Positions 29,323 to 40,148 of a stretch of DNA of 64,000 bases are shown in pieces. Numbering within the stretch: the stretch's first letter is position 1; each line of letters begins with the position of its first letter. Origin of the DNA: Candidatus Thermofontivivens primus (GTDB lineage: Bacteria > Sysuimicrobiota > Sysuimicrobiia > Sysuimicrobiales > Thermofontiviventaceae); assembly GCA_031458695.1 (NCBI GenBank), contig JAVKJW010000001.1:128001-192000 (forward strand). Direction: 5' to 3'. The notes under the pieces were generated by a model. That model searched no databases, had not been told where the DNA came from, and saw only the letters and a list, made by a program, of their open reading frames with translations. A program made the translations under genes and the position numbers.

Positions 29323-31449
29323 ATGATGGATCGTGCATACTCCCCTTGCTTCCTGGGAAATGGCATCGACGCCGCACTCATCGGGTACACGGGATCGATG
29401 ACCCCCGAGCGTGTGGAGGGGCCAGAGCGGTGCTACTGGTACAAATCTGATTGTTACTACCCCGCGCACGTCCGGGTCCTGCCCATGCCCCATCGGCGCA
29501 TCTCCTTGCCAGGCTACCAGGCAAGCGAAGAACATCGCTGGTACGAGCTCGCTCCCCTCTGCCATTGCTGGTACGAGGTCTACCTCCCAGGAATAAGGGG
29601 ACCCCGTCCGTTCATCCGCTCAGAACAGCACTTCTCCTTGCAGGATGCAACGCTCCTCACGAGGGCAACCTACGAGGGGATTGCGGTGGAGGTCCAAACC
29701 TACCTCCACGCCCGCCATCCTCTCCTCGTGGAGAGCTACAGGGCCAGCCAACCTATGCGGTGGCGGTTCTACCTCGCTCCGGGAGTCTGGGAGGAGGACG
29801 ATCTGGAACGCATGCCCTTTACCTCCCTGGTCGCCCAGGCAGGACCTTCGCCTCGGTTCCATTATACCCTGGGGGATCTCGAAGGGACGCAGACGATGGT
29901 GATCCACGGGTCCATCGAAGCTTGGGGCTTCCAAGGAAACGCGGCATGGGTCGACTGTGTGGGCCAGGAGGCCGTCCGGTATGTGATCGTGATGGATGGC
30001 CGTGAGCTCAGAGATCCAAGGACCGTTGACGGGCTCATCGCACTCATCGAAGAGAAGGGTGCAGGGAGTTTGTACCACTCCCATGCCCAGGTATGGGAGG
30101 AGTACTGGGCTCAAGGGGCCAGCGTAGAGATCCCCGATCCAGACCTCCAGCGAAGCTATGCCTTCAGCCTCTACCAGTTCAAGGCCAGCCAGAACCCGCA
30201 CTCCGGTGCGCTTCCTGTAAATATCCTGCGATCGACCTGGTCCTCCCACGTCTTCTGGGATGCCATGTTCATCCACCTTGCCCTTGTAGAGGCAGGGCAC
30301 CTCACCGAAGGGGAGCTTGCCTGCAGCTTCCTTGAGCGCACGGCAAAAGCCGCCATGGAAGCAGCCAGGGCATATGGCGCCAGAGGCCTCAAGTGGGAGT
30401 GGGAGGTCACCCACGAGGGCCAGCCGGCTTATGGCGCGCTCCACCACCTCACCCATCAGGTCCATAACAATGCGAGCTACAGCCAGATGCTCTGGCACCA
30501 GATCAAGTTCTCTGGGGACCGCTCCCTCGTCGATCGGTACTACCCGCTCCTCCGGGGGATCGCGGAGTTTTTCCTCACGGGCGTCCTCCAGGAGACCGCA
30601 GATGGAAGAGTAGACCTGCGCCCTGTTGTTGGCGTCCATGAGCACTCCTCCCTCGTCCAGCGGGAGGCTGCAACCCTGGCGGGATCTATCCGTGCATTGC
30701 GGAACGCCGCAGATGCCGCTCGGCTGCTTCGCTGTGATGCGTCCTTCGCCCAGCGGTGTGAAGCAATCGCAGAGAGCCTCAGGCCGCTTCTCGACGAGCT
30801 CTTTATCGATGGTGTCTTGCGTGCCTACGCAGGAACAGATGAGGTGAACTTCGGCTGCCTCCTTCCCTTCTTCCCAATGGCCATCTATCCGCCCGACGAC
30901 CCCAGAGTCCTTGCGACAGCGAGAGCTTACATTGCCCGGAACGCCAACCCTGTCCATGGGCTGGTAGGCCACGGCATGGGATGGCGCGGACCCCGGGAGG
31001 GCTTCCCCTGGGCCGCTGGGTGGCTCGCGGCTGTGCTTGCCCTTGTCGGAGATGCCGATACTGCCTGGCAGGTCCTCAAGACCACGAAAGTCGCCATGAA
31101 TTCCTTCGGGGGAATGGCAGAGAAAGTAGATGACCAGGGTAGGTGGAATATGCAGTATTTCAGTACTGCCCAGGCCGCTTTCTGCATTGGGGTCCACTCC
31201 CTGCTCCTCCAGGAGCACGGAGACTCTCTTGTCGTGCTCCGCAGGGTTCCTTCGGATTGGGATCGGTGTCGTTTTGACGGCATCATGCTCGGCCCCCTGA
31301 AGATCCGCGCAGAATGGGAACAGGACCGGGGAGTTACGACTTGTGAAGTGCGGAACGTTGGCCCCGCGAAGATCCAGAGGACGGTCGTGGTCAACAACAA
31401 GCCACATACCGTTACGCTGCGCCCAGGGGAAGGAAAGAAAGTCATTTAG
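29323..31449 (+). CDS. Six-hairpin glycoside hydrolase, GH65-like
   Basis: SHVFWDAMF (GH65 GHxFWD), GARGLKWEWE, HQVHNN, GVHE at the general-acid position. Confidence 0.65.
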   Translation: MMDRAYSPCFLGNGIDAALIGYTGSMTPERVEGPERCYWYKSDCYYPAHVRVLPMPHRRISLPGYQASEEHRWYELAPLCHCWYEVYLPGIRGPRPFIRSEQHFSLQDATLLTRATYEGIAVEVQTYLHARHPLLVESYRASQPMRWRFYLAPGVWEEDDLERMPFTSLVAQAGPSPRFHYTLGDLEGTQTMVIHGSIEAWGFQGNAAWVDCVGQEAVRYVIVMDGRELRDPRTVDGLIALIEEKGAGSLYHSHAQVWEEYWAQGASVEIPDPDLQRSYAFSLYQFKASQNPHSGALPVNILRSTWSSHVFWDAMFIHLALVEAGHLTEGELACSFLERTAKAAMEAARAYGARGLKWEWEVTHEGQPAYGALHHLTHQVHNNASYSQMLWHQIKFSGDRSLVDRYYPLLRGIAEFFLTGVLQETADGRVDLRPVVGVHEHSSLVQREAATLAGSIRALRNAADAARLLRCDASFAQRCEAIAESLRPLLDELFIDGVLRAYAGTDEVNFGCLLPFFPMAIYPPDDPRVLATARAYIARNANPVHGLVGHGMGWRGPREGFPWAAGWLAAVLALVGDADTAWQVLKTTKVAMNSFGGMAEKVDDQGRWNMQYFSTAQAAFCIGVHSLLLQEHGDSLVVLRRVPSDWDRCRFDGIMLGPLKIRAEWEQDRGVTTCEVRNVGPAKIQRTVVVNNKPHTVTLRPGEGKKVI

Positions 31450-31538
31450 GTGAGCAGGTGATAAGTTGGAAAGTTCTTAAACCTGTGAACCTGTAACCTG
31501 CAAACGGATAACCTGCAAACCTGCCAACAACGAACCTT
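31448..31538. repeat. Periodic inverted micro-array: 4 AGGT/AGTT units then 8 AACCTG-like units (7-8 bp period)
   Basis: AGGT/AGTT at 31448, 31456, 31464, 31472; AAC(CTG) at 31480, 31488, 31495, 31503, 31510, 31518, 31526, 31533. Confidence 0.75.
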
Positions 31539-31559
31539 CATCGTAGAGAGGCCGAGTCA

Positions 31560-33431
31560 ATGGGCAGAGAACCGTACATGACTCCATCTCCCGTCGAGGA
31601 GTTCACCATGGCGATCCCCACGGGAAATGAGGTGATCTCCCTCCCGGATCTTACCCCGCGAGGCGCTATTCCCAGCCTTCACGTGCTCTCTCAACAAGCC
31701 CTTGGGCTCCTTGGCATGGATGGGGAGGAAGAAGCTCTCCTTGATCCCCTTCTCCTGAGAGAAGGGGGCGAAGAGGTGCCACTGGAGGCAAGGGACTGGT
31801 CCCTGCGAGACCACTGGATTCCAGAGATCACCTGGCTCTCCCAAGAGCTGGAGCTCCGCGGGACGATCCTGACACCTGTGGGGACACGAGGGTTTGCTTA
31901 TCGCCTAGAAGCGAGGAACCCGGGGAAGAAGCCCGTGGAGGTGGTTCTGGGATTCCAGGGATGCTGGAAACGCCTCCTCTACACGGTCTTCCGCTCCCGT
32001 GCCCTTCCACACATTACCCGCATAGGGTGGTTCGACCCATGGACCCGCAGTCTTGTCCTAGAGGCAAGCAGCGGGACCCCTATTCTTGCCTTGGCCCTTG
32101 CCACCGATCCCTCCCCTGACCATGTCCACCTGACCTTCCCTCACGATGCGACGGGGGGTTTTCGTTTCCAGCTCGGTCGCCGCATGCGCATGGAACCCGG
32201 GGGGAAAGTTGCAGTTACCCTTTATGCTGCCGTGGCCCCGGAAGGAGACGGGGCACGGACCACCTCCGTCGACCTCCGGCGCAGGACGTGGGAGACGCTC
32301 TTCCAGGAGACCGAGACCTGGCTACACAGGCGGAGACTCCCCCTCGAAGGGAAGGTGGGGGAGGTGGTGCAACGGAACCTGCTCTTTTGCTACTTCTACG
32401 CGTGGGGGCGGACCATCGACACAGAGGAGGGGGTGCTGGTCACTTCGCGCAGCCCGCGGTACTATGTCTCCGCTGCGTATTGGGCCCGAGACGCGCTTCT
32501 CTGGACACTTCCCGCCCTCCTCCTCGTAGATCCCCCAACTGCCAAAGCAGCCCTGCTTTACGCCTTCTCGACGCAATGGAGGAATCCCGGCATCCACGCA
32601 CAGTACCTCAATGGAAGCGTGCTGTACCCGGGGTTCGAACTCGACGAGCTTGCCGCCTACCCCATAGCCATGGAGCGCTACCTCCTCACGACTGGTGACC
32701 TCGCCATCCTCCGGGAGGATAGCGTCCGAAAAGTCTTAGAGGGGTACCCTGAGGAACTTGAGAAGCATCGTGGCCCTCATGGCCTCTACGAAACCTTTTT
32801 GGATCCTTCCGACGACCCACCCCAGTACCCCTACCTTACGTACGACAACGTGCTGGCGTGGAGGGGTCTTGTAGCCTGCAGCACAGTTTGGGAATGGCTT
32901 GGGGAACAGAGGAAATCTCAGAGGATCCGAGGCCTTGCGGATCGCCTGGCCGCACTGATCCAGAAGTGGTGCATCGTGGAAGGACCGCTTGGACCAATGT
33001 TCGCCTGGGCTGTGGATGGAGAAGGACGCTTCCAGCTCTACGACAACCCTCCCGGGAGCCTCCAGCTTCTCGCCTATTATGGCTTCTGCACACCGGACGA
33101 TCCCGTCTTCCTCAACACTGTGCGCTGGATCCACTCCCCGCACAATCCCCACTATGTTCAGGGACCATTCGGGGAAGCTGGATCCGCGCACGCACCTCAC
33201 CCTTGGCCTATGGCAGCCGCAAACAGTCTCCTGGCGGGGCGCAGGGAGGCGCTGGACTTCTTCCTCCGTGCGGAGATGGATAACGGGATCGCTTGCGAGA
33301 CCGTCGATGTGGAGACTGGACGCGTCAAGACAGGCGCCGCATTTGCCTCCTGTGCCGGATGGATTGCCTCAGCGATCCTCACGAGTTCCAAGTGGGCAGG
33401 TTCCAAGCCCCGTGCAACCCCTTCCATTTGA
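31560..33431 (+). CDS. GH125-like (metal-independent alpha-mannosidase family) glycoside hydrolase with N-terminal extension
   Basis: WARD, FELDELA, LDPSDDP..YPY, CET and FA motifs matching GH125 WLRD / YELDS / RPSDD / HES. Confidence 0.7.
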   Translation: MGREPYMTPSPVEEFTMAIPTGNEVISLPDLTPRGAIPSLHVLSQQALGLLGMDGEEEALLDPLLLREGGEEVPLEARDWSLRDHWIPEITWLSQELELRGTILTPVGTRGFAYRLEARNPGKKPVEVVLGFQGCWKRLLYTVFRSRALPHITRIGWFDPWTRSLVLEASSGTPILALALATDPSPDHVHLTFPHDATGGFRFQLGRRMRMEPGGKVAVTLYAAVAPEGDGARTTSVDLRRRTWETLFQETETWLHRRRLPLEGKVGEVVQRNLLFCYFYAWGRTIDTEEGVLVTSRSPRYYVSAAYWARDALLWTLPALLLVDPPTAKAALLYAFSTQWRNPGIHAQYLNGSVLYPGFELDELAAYPIAMERYLLTTGDLAILREDSVRKVLEGYPEELEKHRGPHGLYETFLDPSDDPPQYPYLTYDNVLAWRGLVACSTVWEWLGEQRKSQRIRGLADRLAALIQKWCIVEGPLGPMFAWAVDGEGRFQLYDNPPGSLQLLAYYGFCTPDDPVFLNTVRWIHSPHNPHYVQGPFGEAGSAHAPHPWPMAAANSLLAGRREALDFFLRAEMDNGIACETVDVETGRVKTGAAFASCAGWIASAILTSSKWAGSKPRATPSI

Positions 33432-33485
33432 ACCTCCCCCATGTGCCGTGAGGAACCTCCGTCCAGAAGCGATCTTCGTATCCCA

Positions 33486-34694
33486 TTATGCCAGAGAGAA
33501 AGCGATCCTCCCCTCCACAAACGTTAGGTGCACGGTGAACGCCTCATCGAGCACAACAAGATCTGCATCGTAGCCCAACGCAATCCGGCCCTTCCTGTCC
33601 CCTACCCCGGCGATCCCCGCGGGGACAGCGGTGGCCATGGAGACCGCGTCGCATCGCGAGAATCCCCAGCTTACCATGTTTGCAACCGCTCGCTCCATGG
33701 TCAGGGTGCTTCCCGCCAGCGTGCCATCGGGCAACCTCGCTTCCCTCCCCGAAACCATGATCTCCTGGCCAAAGAGCTCGTAGACACCATCCCTAAGACC
33801 AGCCGCCCGGATGGCATCGGTGATGAGGGCGATTCCTTCCCTCCCCTTCACGCGAGCTACGAGCGCGATCACGGCAGGGTGGACATGGATCCCGTCGGCA
33901 ATGATCTCCGCGCGTACCTGCCCTTCCAGAAGCACCGCGCCGGCCACCCCAGGTTCCCTGTGGTGAAGAGGGCGCATGGCGTTAAAGAGATGGGTAGCAT
34001 GCCGCGCCCCCAGCACGATGGCCCGAGAGGCCTGAACCCATGTGGCGTCTGTGTGCCCTAGGGAGATGGTAACACCCCTGTCCACGAGGAACTGCATCAA
34101 CTCCTCTGGCCACAGCTCGGGAGCCAGGGTAATCAACACCCAGTGTCCCCTTGCCATGCGGAGAACCTCTTCGAGGAGCGGCTGGCTGGGGGGTAGGAGG
34201 AACTCCAAAGGCTGGGCTCCCCTTCGTTTGGGATTGATGAAGGGTCCCTCGAGATGGAGCCCGAGAATACGAGCCCCAGGCCAGTCCACAGCTTCCGCGG
34301 CCTCGGCCACGGTTCCTACGGCACCAAGGATCCTCGGCCAGGGCGCTGTTCCCACAGTAGCCAGGAGAGCTGTTGTCCCATGCGCCGCATGGAATGTGGA
34401 GATGGTCTTCAGCGCTTCCTGGGTGCCGTCCAATACATCCGCCCCCCCGCCGCCGTGGACATGGAGATCGATGAAGCCGGGCACCACCGTTGCACCTCCT
34501 ACATCCACGGACGGGAGATTCATTAAACCTTGAACCCCACTTCCGCTAAGGATGGCCGCGATGCGGCCTTTCTCCACGAGAAGGACCGCATCGTGGATCT
34601 CCTCCCAAGGGGTAAGCAGGCAACCGATGTTCCGGATGCTGAAGCGATCCGGCGGATTTGTAGGATCGTACCCGGAGAAGCAGATTTGAACCAT
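33486..34694 (-). CDS. nagA: N-acetylglucosamine-6-phosphate deacetylase
   Basis: PGFIDLHVHG, HLEGPF, GHTDA, THLFNAM, ADGIH, LAGS; start uncertain. Confidence 0.92.
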   Translation of the reverse strand: MVQICFSGYDPTNPPDRFSIRNIGCLLTPWEEIHDAVLLVEKGRIAAILSGSGVQGLMNLPSVDVGGATVVPGFIDLHVHGGGGADVLDGTQEALKTISTFHAAHGTTALLATVGTAPWPRILGAVGTVAEAAEAVDWPGARILGLHLEGPFINPKRRGAQPLEFLLPPSQPLLEEVLRMARGHWVLITLAPELWPEELMQFLVDRGVTISLGHTDATWVQASRAIVLGARHATHLFNAMRPLHHREPGVAGAVLLEGQVRAEIIADGIHVHPAVIALVARVKGREGIALITDAIRAAGLRDGVYELFGQEIMVSGREARLPDGTLAGSTLTMERAVANMVSWGFSRCDAVSMATAVPAGIAGVGDRKGRIALGYDADLVVLDEAFTVHLTFVEGRIAFSLA

Positions 34695-34879
34695 ATCCTG
34701 ATAGCGCTTAGGGACAAAGCAGTATCGGATCTCTGGACGCTCATAGAACAATTGACCTTGAGGGGCTTAAGCTCCTGCTTCCACTCAGGCAACTTAGGGA
34801 GTTTCCCCTACACGCAGTGCATCACGTCGCCTAAATTTTGTAGCGCTAAGCCTCCGCGCCTACCCCATGTGGGTTGAAC

Positions 34880-34920
34880 AAAAAGGGGACGTGATGTCAG
34901 GAGGAAACACCACGCCCCCT
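34880..34920 (-). terminator. Intrinsic terminator after the MCP gene
   Basis: Minus strand AGGGGGCGTGGTGT...ACATCACGTCCCCT followed by a T tract; a second perfect hairpin GGGTAACCT-cgg-AGGTTACCC at 34943-34963. Confidence 0.7.
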
Positions 34921-34963
34921 CCTATTGGAGGTGAATCCAACAGGGTAACCTCGGAGGTTACCC

Positions 34964-36688
34964 CTATACCTTGAATTGGGACACCAGTCCCTGGAGCTCC
35001 TGAGCTAAGGCAGCGAGGCTATTGGCGCTCTGGGCGATCTGCGTGATGGAGGCAGTGACCTCCTCGGTACCCGCGCTCACTTCCTGGGCGCTCGCAGCGT
35101 TCTGTTCGCTCGTGGCCACAACCTGCTCTACAGCCTTTGAGATATGCGTCGTACCGCTGCTGAGCTGCTCGGTGGCTGAACTCACCCCCTGGGTCTGCCC
35201 GGAGATCTGCACCACCGCCTTGCGGATGCTCTCAAAGGCGCTCCCCGTCTCCTCCACCACCGTAACCCCTTGCTCCACTTCCCTGGTCCCCTGCGCCATG
35301 GCCTCTACAGCTCGCTCGGTCTCCTCCCGGATCTCCTCTAAGAGCTTTTGGATCTCTTTGGCAGACTTCGCAGAGTTCTCGGCAAGCTTGCGCACCTCGT
35401 CGGCAACCACGGCAAACCCCCTCCCATGCTCCCCTGCCCGCGCCGCCTCAATCGCCGCGTTCAGGGCAAGGAGGTTGGTCTGGTCGGCAATGCCGGTGAT
35501 GACATTGACAATCTCGCCAATGTTCTTGCTCTTTTGCTCAAGCCCCCGGATGACGCTCGCCGAGTTCCCCACGGCCTCCTGGATGGTGTGCATGACTTTC
35601 TTGACCTGGAGGACAGCTTCCCCTCCATGGCCGCTGAGCTGGGTGGCGTCCTGGCTCGCTTGAGCCACCTGGTTGGCGATCTGGGCCACTTCCTGGATAT
35701 TTTTGGCCATGTGTCGGATGGTCTGCACTGCCTCGTTCATGCTCTGGACCTGCTGCTGGGCTCCCTGGGCCACCCCCTGGATGGTCCGCGCCACCTCGTT
35801 CACCGCCCCGGTGACCTCCTCGGTCGTGGCCGCAAGCTCTTGGCTGTGGGAGGAGAGGCTCTGGGCGGTTTCCCCAATACGCCGCACCACTTCGGCGATC
35901 TTGTCTACAAAGGCGTTAAACCAGCAGGCCACCTGGCCAACCTCGTCCTGGGACTTCACCTCTAGGCGCCGGGTGAGGTCGCCCTCTCCTTCCGCAATAT
36001 CTCGCAAGGCGTCCACAATCTTCCGGATCGGCCTTGCAATCATTCCGTAGGCAAGGACCACGATGAATACCCCTACAAGGGTTCCAAACACGAGGAAAAC
36101 GAGGAGGACCTCCACGGAGCGTTTCACAGTCCTCTCGATGGTGGCCTTCGCTTTCCCATTGACATCCTCCAGGCGCCTGACTACCCCATCAGCCAGGGAG
36201 GTCAGCATCTGGAATTGATCCTGCTGAACCTGCATAGCCAGATCTTTAATCTCCCCGACACGACCCGCATAGGCAGCAGGGATAAGCTGGGTTTCAATGA
36301 CACCTTTGGCTTCCTCCCACTTTGATTTGGCCTCCGAGAGGAGCGCGGGGATCTGATCATCCTCTACAGTCGACTGAGCAAGCAGGGAGAGCTGTACCTC
36401 AATAAGAGAGGAGAGTTCTTTGATGTTCTGATTCAGCGCGTCCTGCTCTGCCCGGTCTGTAGATGCAACCAGCTTCGCGACCAAGGCGTCCACCGCGTTG
36501 AGGTTCGCCTTGAGGTCCATCGCAGTTGTCGTTGTCGGGAAATGTACGGTGAGAATCCTCCTGAGAAGTCGGTCCACGCGATGAAGCCCGGAATAACCGA
36601 CATACACACTTACGCCAATCGCCACAATCCCAGCCACTGTCACAATCAGGAGTTTAGAGGCAATTGGAAGATCACGGAAGGAACGCAC
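34964..36688 (-). CDS. Methyl-accepting chemotaxis protein (TM-4HB-TM-HAMP-signalling)
   Basis: Two TM helices, HAMP (GEGDLTRRL...DEVG), [38 protein letters not shown]. Confidence 0.96.
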   Translation of the reverse strand: MRSFRDLPIASKLLIVTVAGIVAIGVSVYVGYSGLHRVDRLLRRILTVHFPTTTTAMDLKANLNAVDALVAKLVASTDRAEQDALNQNIKELSSLIEVQLSLLAQSTVEDDQIPALLSEAKSKWEEAKGVIETQLIPAAYAGRVGEIKDLAMQVQQDQFQMLTSLADGVVRRLEDVNGKAKATIERTVKRSVEVLLVFLVFGTLVGVFIVVLAYGMIARPIRKIVDALRDIAEGEGDLTRRLEVKSQDEVGQVACWFNAFVDKIAEVVRRIGETAQSLSSHSQELAATTEEVTGAVNEVARTIQGVAQGAQQQVQSMNEAVQTIRHMAKNIQEVAQIANQVAQASQDATQLSGHGGEAVLQVKKVMHTIQEAVGNSASVIRGLEQKSKNIGEIVNVITGIADQTNLLALNAAIEAARAGEHGRGFAVVADEVRKLAENSAKSAKEIQKLLEEIREETERAVEAMAQGTREVEQGVTVVEETGSAFESIRKAVVQISGQTQGVSSATEQLSSGTTHISKAVEQVVATSEQNAASAQEVSAGTEEVTASITQIAQSANSLAALAQELQGLVSQFKV

Positions 36689-36760
36689 CTCAGACCCCCC
36701 TTTCCCGCCAAACCACGCTGTCCTTCACTTCACATAGGAACGCTCAAAAACAACGAAAGT

Positions 36761-36776
36761 AGCAATCCCGATGCCA
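36761..36776 (-). promoter_or_regulatory. sigma54 (-24/-12) promoter upstream of the MCP
   Basis: TGGCATCGGGATTGCT: GG-N10-GC with TGGCA and TTGCT flanks. Confidence 0.65.
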
Positions 36777-36842
36777 CGAGAGAGGTAAACCGCAGTGAAG
36801 TGGTGGGAAGAGGCTCTCCTATAGAGGGGAAAGGCTAAGATC

Positions 36843-37571
36843 TTAAGCAGTGCAAGGTTCGACGTACACAGCGGAGGCGAGGGCGAGGGGAAGCAGGTGT
36901 TCTGTGTCACCCACCTCCACGACGATCTGCCCCTCCTCCGCTTCGAGGCGGAGGACGTGGATGGTTGCTTCCGGCAGGAGTCCCAGCCTTGCAAGATTCC
37001 TCAGGACATCTGGATCCTCGTCGCTGACCCTACGGATCACAGCTCGCTGGCAGGGGGTGAGGTTGAGGAGCGATTGGTATTCTCGAGTGGCCACCACCCC
37101 TTCCTTCGTGGGGATAGGGTCCCCATGGGGATCCGTCGCGGGATAGCCGAGGAGGGCATCCATCCGCTCCTCCAGTTCTTCGGAGAGGACGTGTTCCAGC
37201 CGTTCGGCCTCATCATGAATCTGATCTATGGGAACCCCCAAGGCTTCGGCAAGGTAGCGCTCCAGGAGGCGATGGTGGCGGATGATCTCGAGAGCCATTT
37301 TCTCCCCCGCAGGGGTCAGCTCCACACCACGGTAAGGAGTATGACGAACGAGGTTCATCCGGGCGAGACGCTTGATCATATTCGTGACCGATGGAGGAGC
37401 CACGGCCAGCCTCTCGGCAATCGCCGAGGTCGTCACGACCTGTCCAGCACGCTGGAGTTTATAGATCGCCTTGAGGTAGTCCTCCACAGCCTTGCTGACA
37501 GAGGCGCGCTCAGGACCCTCACGTTCTGCCCGCGTTCCTTCTTCGTAGTGGGAATCGTGTCTTGTCACCAC
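36843..37571 (-). CDS. DtxR/MntR family metal-dependent regulator with FeoA-like domain
   Basis: EDYLKAIY, RHHRLLERYL, EAERLEH, DPHGDPIP. Confidence 0.93.
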   Translation of the reverse strand: MVTRHDSHYEEGTRAEREGPERASVSKAVEDYLKAIYKLQRAGQVVTTSAIAERLAVAPPSVTNMIKRLARMNLVRHTPYRGVELTPAGEKMALEIIRHHRLLERYLAEALGVPIDQIHDEAERLEHVLSEELEERMDALLGYPATDPHGDPIPTKEGVVATREYQSLLNLTPCQRAVIRRVSDEDPDVLRNLARLGLLPEATIHVLRLEAEEGQIVVEVGDTEHLLPLALASAVYVEPCTA

Positions 37572-37688
37572 GCCTTCATTCTATCGGTGCGCCGTTTCCC
37601 CCGTCAAGTGAGCCTCTTGTCCCGAGTTCGCCCGCCAAGGGCCCCTTCCGCTTCTCCACAAGTTTTGGGAAATCGGAGAACCCTCCCA

Positions 37689-37734
37689 TTGACAGGGATG
37701 TCTGGTATCCGGATAATTTAGATGGCTCTAATTT
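37689..37734 (+). promoter_or_regulatory. sigma70 promoter with DtxR/MntR-type operator for the ZIP transporter
   Basis: TTGACA-17-GATAAT followed by the palindrome AATTTAGA-tggc-TCTAATTT; the regulator gene is divergent. Confidence 0.75.
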
Positions 37735-37794
37735 TCTGTGGAGTATACTAAGAGCGCATTGGCGGCTCGCAAGGGGTGAGAAAGGAGACGGACC

Positions 37795-38574
37795 TTGGTG
37801 GAACAGCTTTTTACTTCACTCGCAGGCACCAACCCAGTCGTGCAAGGCCTCATCGGCGGTCTCGTGATCACCGCATTGAATACTATCGGAGCGTTAGTGG
37901 TCATCCTGTGGCGTACACCCTCAGAAAAGTTTCTCGACGCTGCGCTTGGTTTTGCAGCTGGTGTAATGCTCACAGCCAGCTTTACTAGCCTCATCCTTCC
38001 TGGTATTCGATACGGAGGGGTAATCCCTGTACTCCTTGGAATCGCCATTGGTGCCCTCGTCCTCAGTATGGCCGATCAGTGGGTCCCCCAACTCCACGTT
38101 GTCACAGGCCACGAAGGGAGCGCGTCACGGCTCAAAGCAGTCTGGCTCTTCATCATGGCCATTACCCTGCACAATATGCCAGAGGGACTCGCCGTAGGAG
38201 TCGGCTTTGGCTCAGGGGAACTTGCAAACGCCATAAAGCTCATGCTTGCCATCGGCATCCAAAACATTCCAGAGGGTCTTGCCGTCGCTGTTTCCTCTCT
38301 CTCTGTAGGGCTGAGTACGTACTTCTACGCGGCCTTCGTGGGAATCCGAGCGGGGCTGGTAGAGATCCCTCTTGCTCTGTTTGGGGCTTGGGCTGTCCAG
38401 GCGGTTCGGTCCATCCTCCCTTATGCGATGGGTTTTGCCGCCGGAGCAATGCTCTACGTCATCAGCGACGAGATTGTGCCTGAGACCCACCGCAGGGGAC
38501 ACGAACGCATGGCTACTTTCGGAACTGTCATCGGAGCCATCCTCATGCTCTATTTAGACGTTACGCTGGGTTGA
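37795..38574 (+). CDS. ZIP (GufA/ZupT) family metal transporter
   Basis: GFAAGVML, HNMPEG, QNIPEG, EIVPETH. Confidence 0.92.
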   Translation: MVEQLFTSLAGTNPVVQGLIGGLVITALNTIGALVVILWRTPSEKFLDAALGFAAGVMLTASFTSLILPGIRYGGVIPVLLGIAIGALVLSMADQWVPQLHVVTGHEGSASRLKAVWLFIMAITLHNMPEGLAVGVGFGSGELANAIKLMLAIGIQNIPEGLAVAVSSLSVGLSTYFYAAFVGIRAGLVEIPLALFGAWAVQAVRSILPYAMGFAAGAMLYVISDEIVPETHRRGHERMATFGTVIGAILMLYLDVTLG

Positions 38575-38608
38575 GCGCTCCCCAACACGTCCCTCTCGCC
38601 TCTAGAGG

Positions 38609-39418
38609 TCAGGGATTGTGCGCCTGCGGCGCGAAGGTCCAAGCCATGGGGTTTACGGGGCCATGTCCCTGACCGAGAGCCAGGCTATGACGAACTGCCA
38701 TGGTGACGAACTCCTTGGCCTCTTTGACAGCCTCCACCACGCTCTTGCCCTTCGCCAAACCAGCGGCGATCGCTGAGGCGTAGACACAACCTGTTCCATG
38801 GGTATTGTGGGTGTTCACTCTCTCCGCACGGAACTCATAGAACTGCTGGCCGTCGAACAGGACATCCACCGCCTCTCCCTTGAGGTGCCCCCCTTTGACC
38901 ACCACGTATTGAGGCCCGAGGGCATGGATGGCCTTGGCGGCTTCGCGCATGGAGGAGATGTCCTCAATCTCCATCCCAGTGAGTGCTCTAGCTTCATGAA
39001 GGTTGGGGGTCACTACTGTGGCCACCGTGAGCAACACCCCCTTCAGCGCGTCTATAGCCTCAGGACGGAGGAGGGGAGATCCACTCTTGGCGATCATCAC
39101 AGGATCCACCACGACGGGAGAAAGATGGTACTCGCGGATCTTGCTCGCCACTGCCTCAATGATCGCAGCGTTCGAGAGCATCCCCGTCTTGACGGCGTCT
39201 ACCCCGATATCCTTGACCACCACATCGATCTGCTGGGCCACGAACTCCGGGGGCATCTCGACCACCCCGTAGACCCCGGTCGTGTTCTGGGCAGTCAAAG
39301 CGGTGATAGCCGTCATCCCGAAGGCGCCCAGGGCAGAAACGGTCTTTAAGTCTGCCTGGATTCCGGCACCCCCTCCAGAGTCTGATCCAGCAATGATGAG
39401 CACACGGGGAATCGCCAT
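38609..39418 (-). CDS. thiD: Hydroxymethylpyrimidine/phosphomethylpyrimidine kinase
   Basis: [30 protein letters not shown]. Confidence 0.95.
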   Translation of the reverse strand: MAIPRVLIIAGSDSGGGAGIQADLKTVSALGAFGMTAITALTAQNTTGVYGVVEMPPEFVAQQIDVVVKDIGVDAVKTGMLSNAAIIEAVASKIREYHLSPVVVDPVMIAKSGSPLLRPEAIDALKGVLLTVATVVTPNLHEARALTGMEIEDISSMREAAKAIHALGPQYVVVKGGHLKGEAVDVLFDGQQFYEFRAERVNTHNTHGTGCVYASAIAAGLAKGKSVVEAVKEAKEFVTMAVRHSLALGQGHGPVNPMAWTFAPQAHNP

Positions 39419-39476
39419 TGCCCTTTCCTCCTCTTTCTTACCCGCTCCTTGTCCCCTTTTGCACTCGTCACTTGTT

Positions 39477-40148
39477 TTACACCGGCCACGTTTCCATCCG
39501 GTAAGCCGCCTCCCAGAAGAGATACTCGTACCTGCTGCTCACAAGGAACGCCTCCTCCATACGCTGCCGTTCCTGCGCCGTTGCCTCCCGGCCGAGCTGG
39601 TCTACCAGCCCCTTGCACCATTCCGCGAGCTCTGCGAACTCCTTGCTGCTGTACATATCGATCCATTTGGCATAGCGAGGATCGCGAGGCCGCGGACCGG
39701 AAGCCAGGCGTTGGCCGATCTCGCAGAACCCCCACATGCAGGGCAGCAGCGCTGCCGCAAGCTCCTCAAACGAGCCTAGAGCCGCGGTACACTTGAGGAA
39801 GTCGGTGTAGGCTTGGGTTGTAGGAGATTTCTGCTCCCGTTCAAGCTCCTCCGGGGAGATCCCGAACTCCGCTGCATAGGCACGATGGAGATCCATCTCC
39901 ACCTCCAAGGTGGACCGGGCCAGCTCAGCAAACCGACGCATAGCCGGGAGATCCGGAGCCCTCGCCGAGGCCATGGCGAGAACGCGCGCGTAGTCGATCA
40001 AAAATAGGTAGTCCTGGCGGACCCAGTACTTGAACCGCTCCAGCTCAAGGGTCCCATCCCCAATCCCCCGGACGAACGGGTGGTTGTGTTGAGCTTCCCA
40101 AATAGAGGATGCGACCTTTCGAAGGTACTCGCTGAACCGCTCTTCCAC
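39477..40148 (-). CDS. tenA: Thiaminase II / aminopyrimidine aminohydrolase
   Basis: HPFV, QDYLFL, LLPCMWG (catalytic Cys), WIDMY, EYLFW; GTG start 40148 after GGAGGGAG. Confidence 0.92.
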   Translation of the reverse strand: MEERFSEYLRKVASSIWEAQHNHPFVRGIGDGTLELERFKYWVRQDYLFLIDYARVLAMASARAPDLPAMRRFAELARSTLEVEMDLHRAYAAEFGISPEELEREQKSPTTQAYTDFLKCTAALGSFEELAAALLPCMWGFCEIGQRLASGPRPRDPRYAKWIDMYSSKEFAELAEWCKGLVDQLGREATAQERQRMEEAFLVSSRYEYLFWEAAYRMETWPV

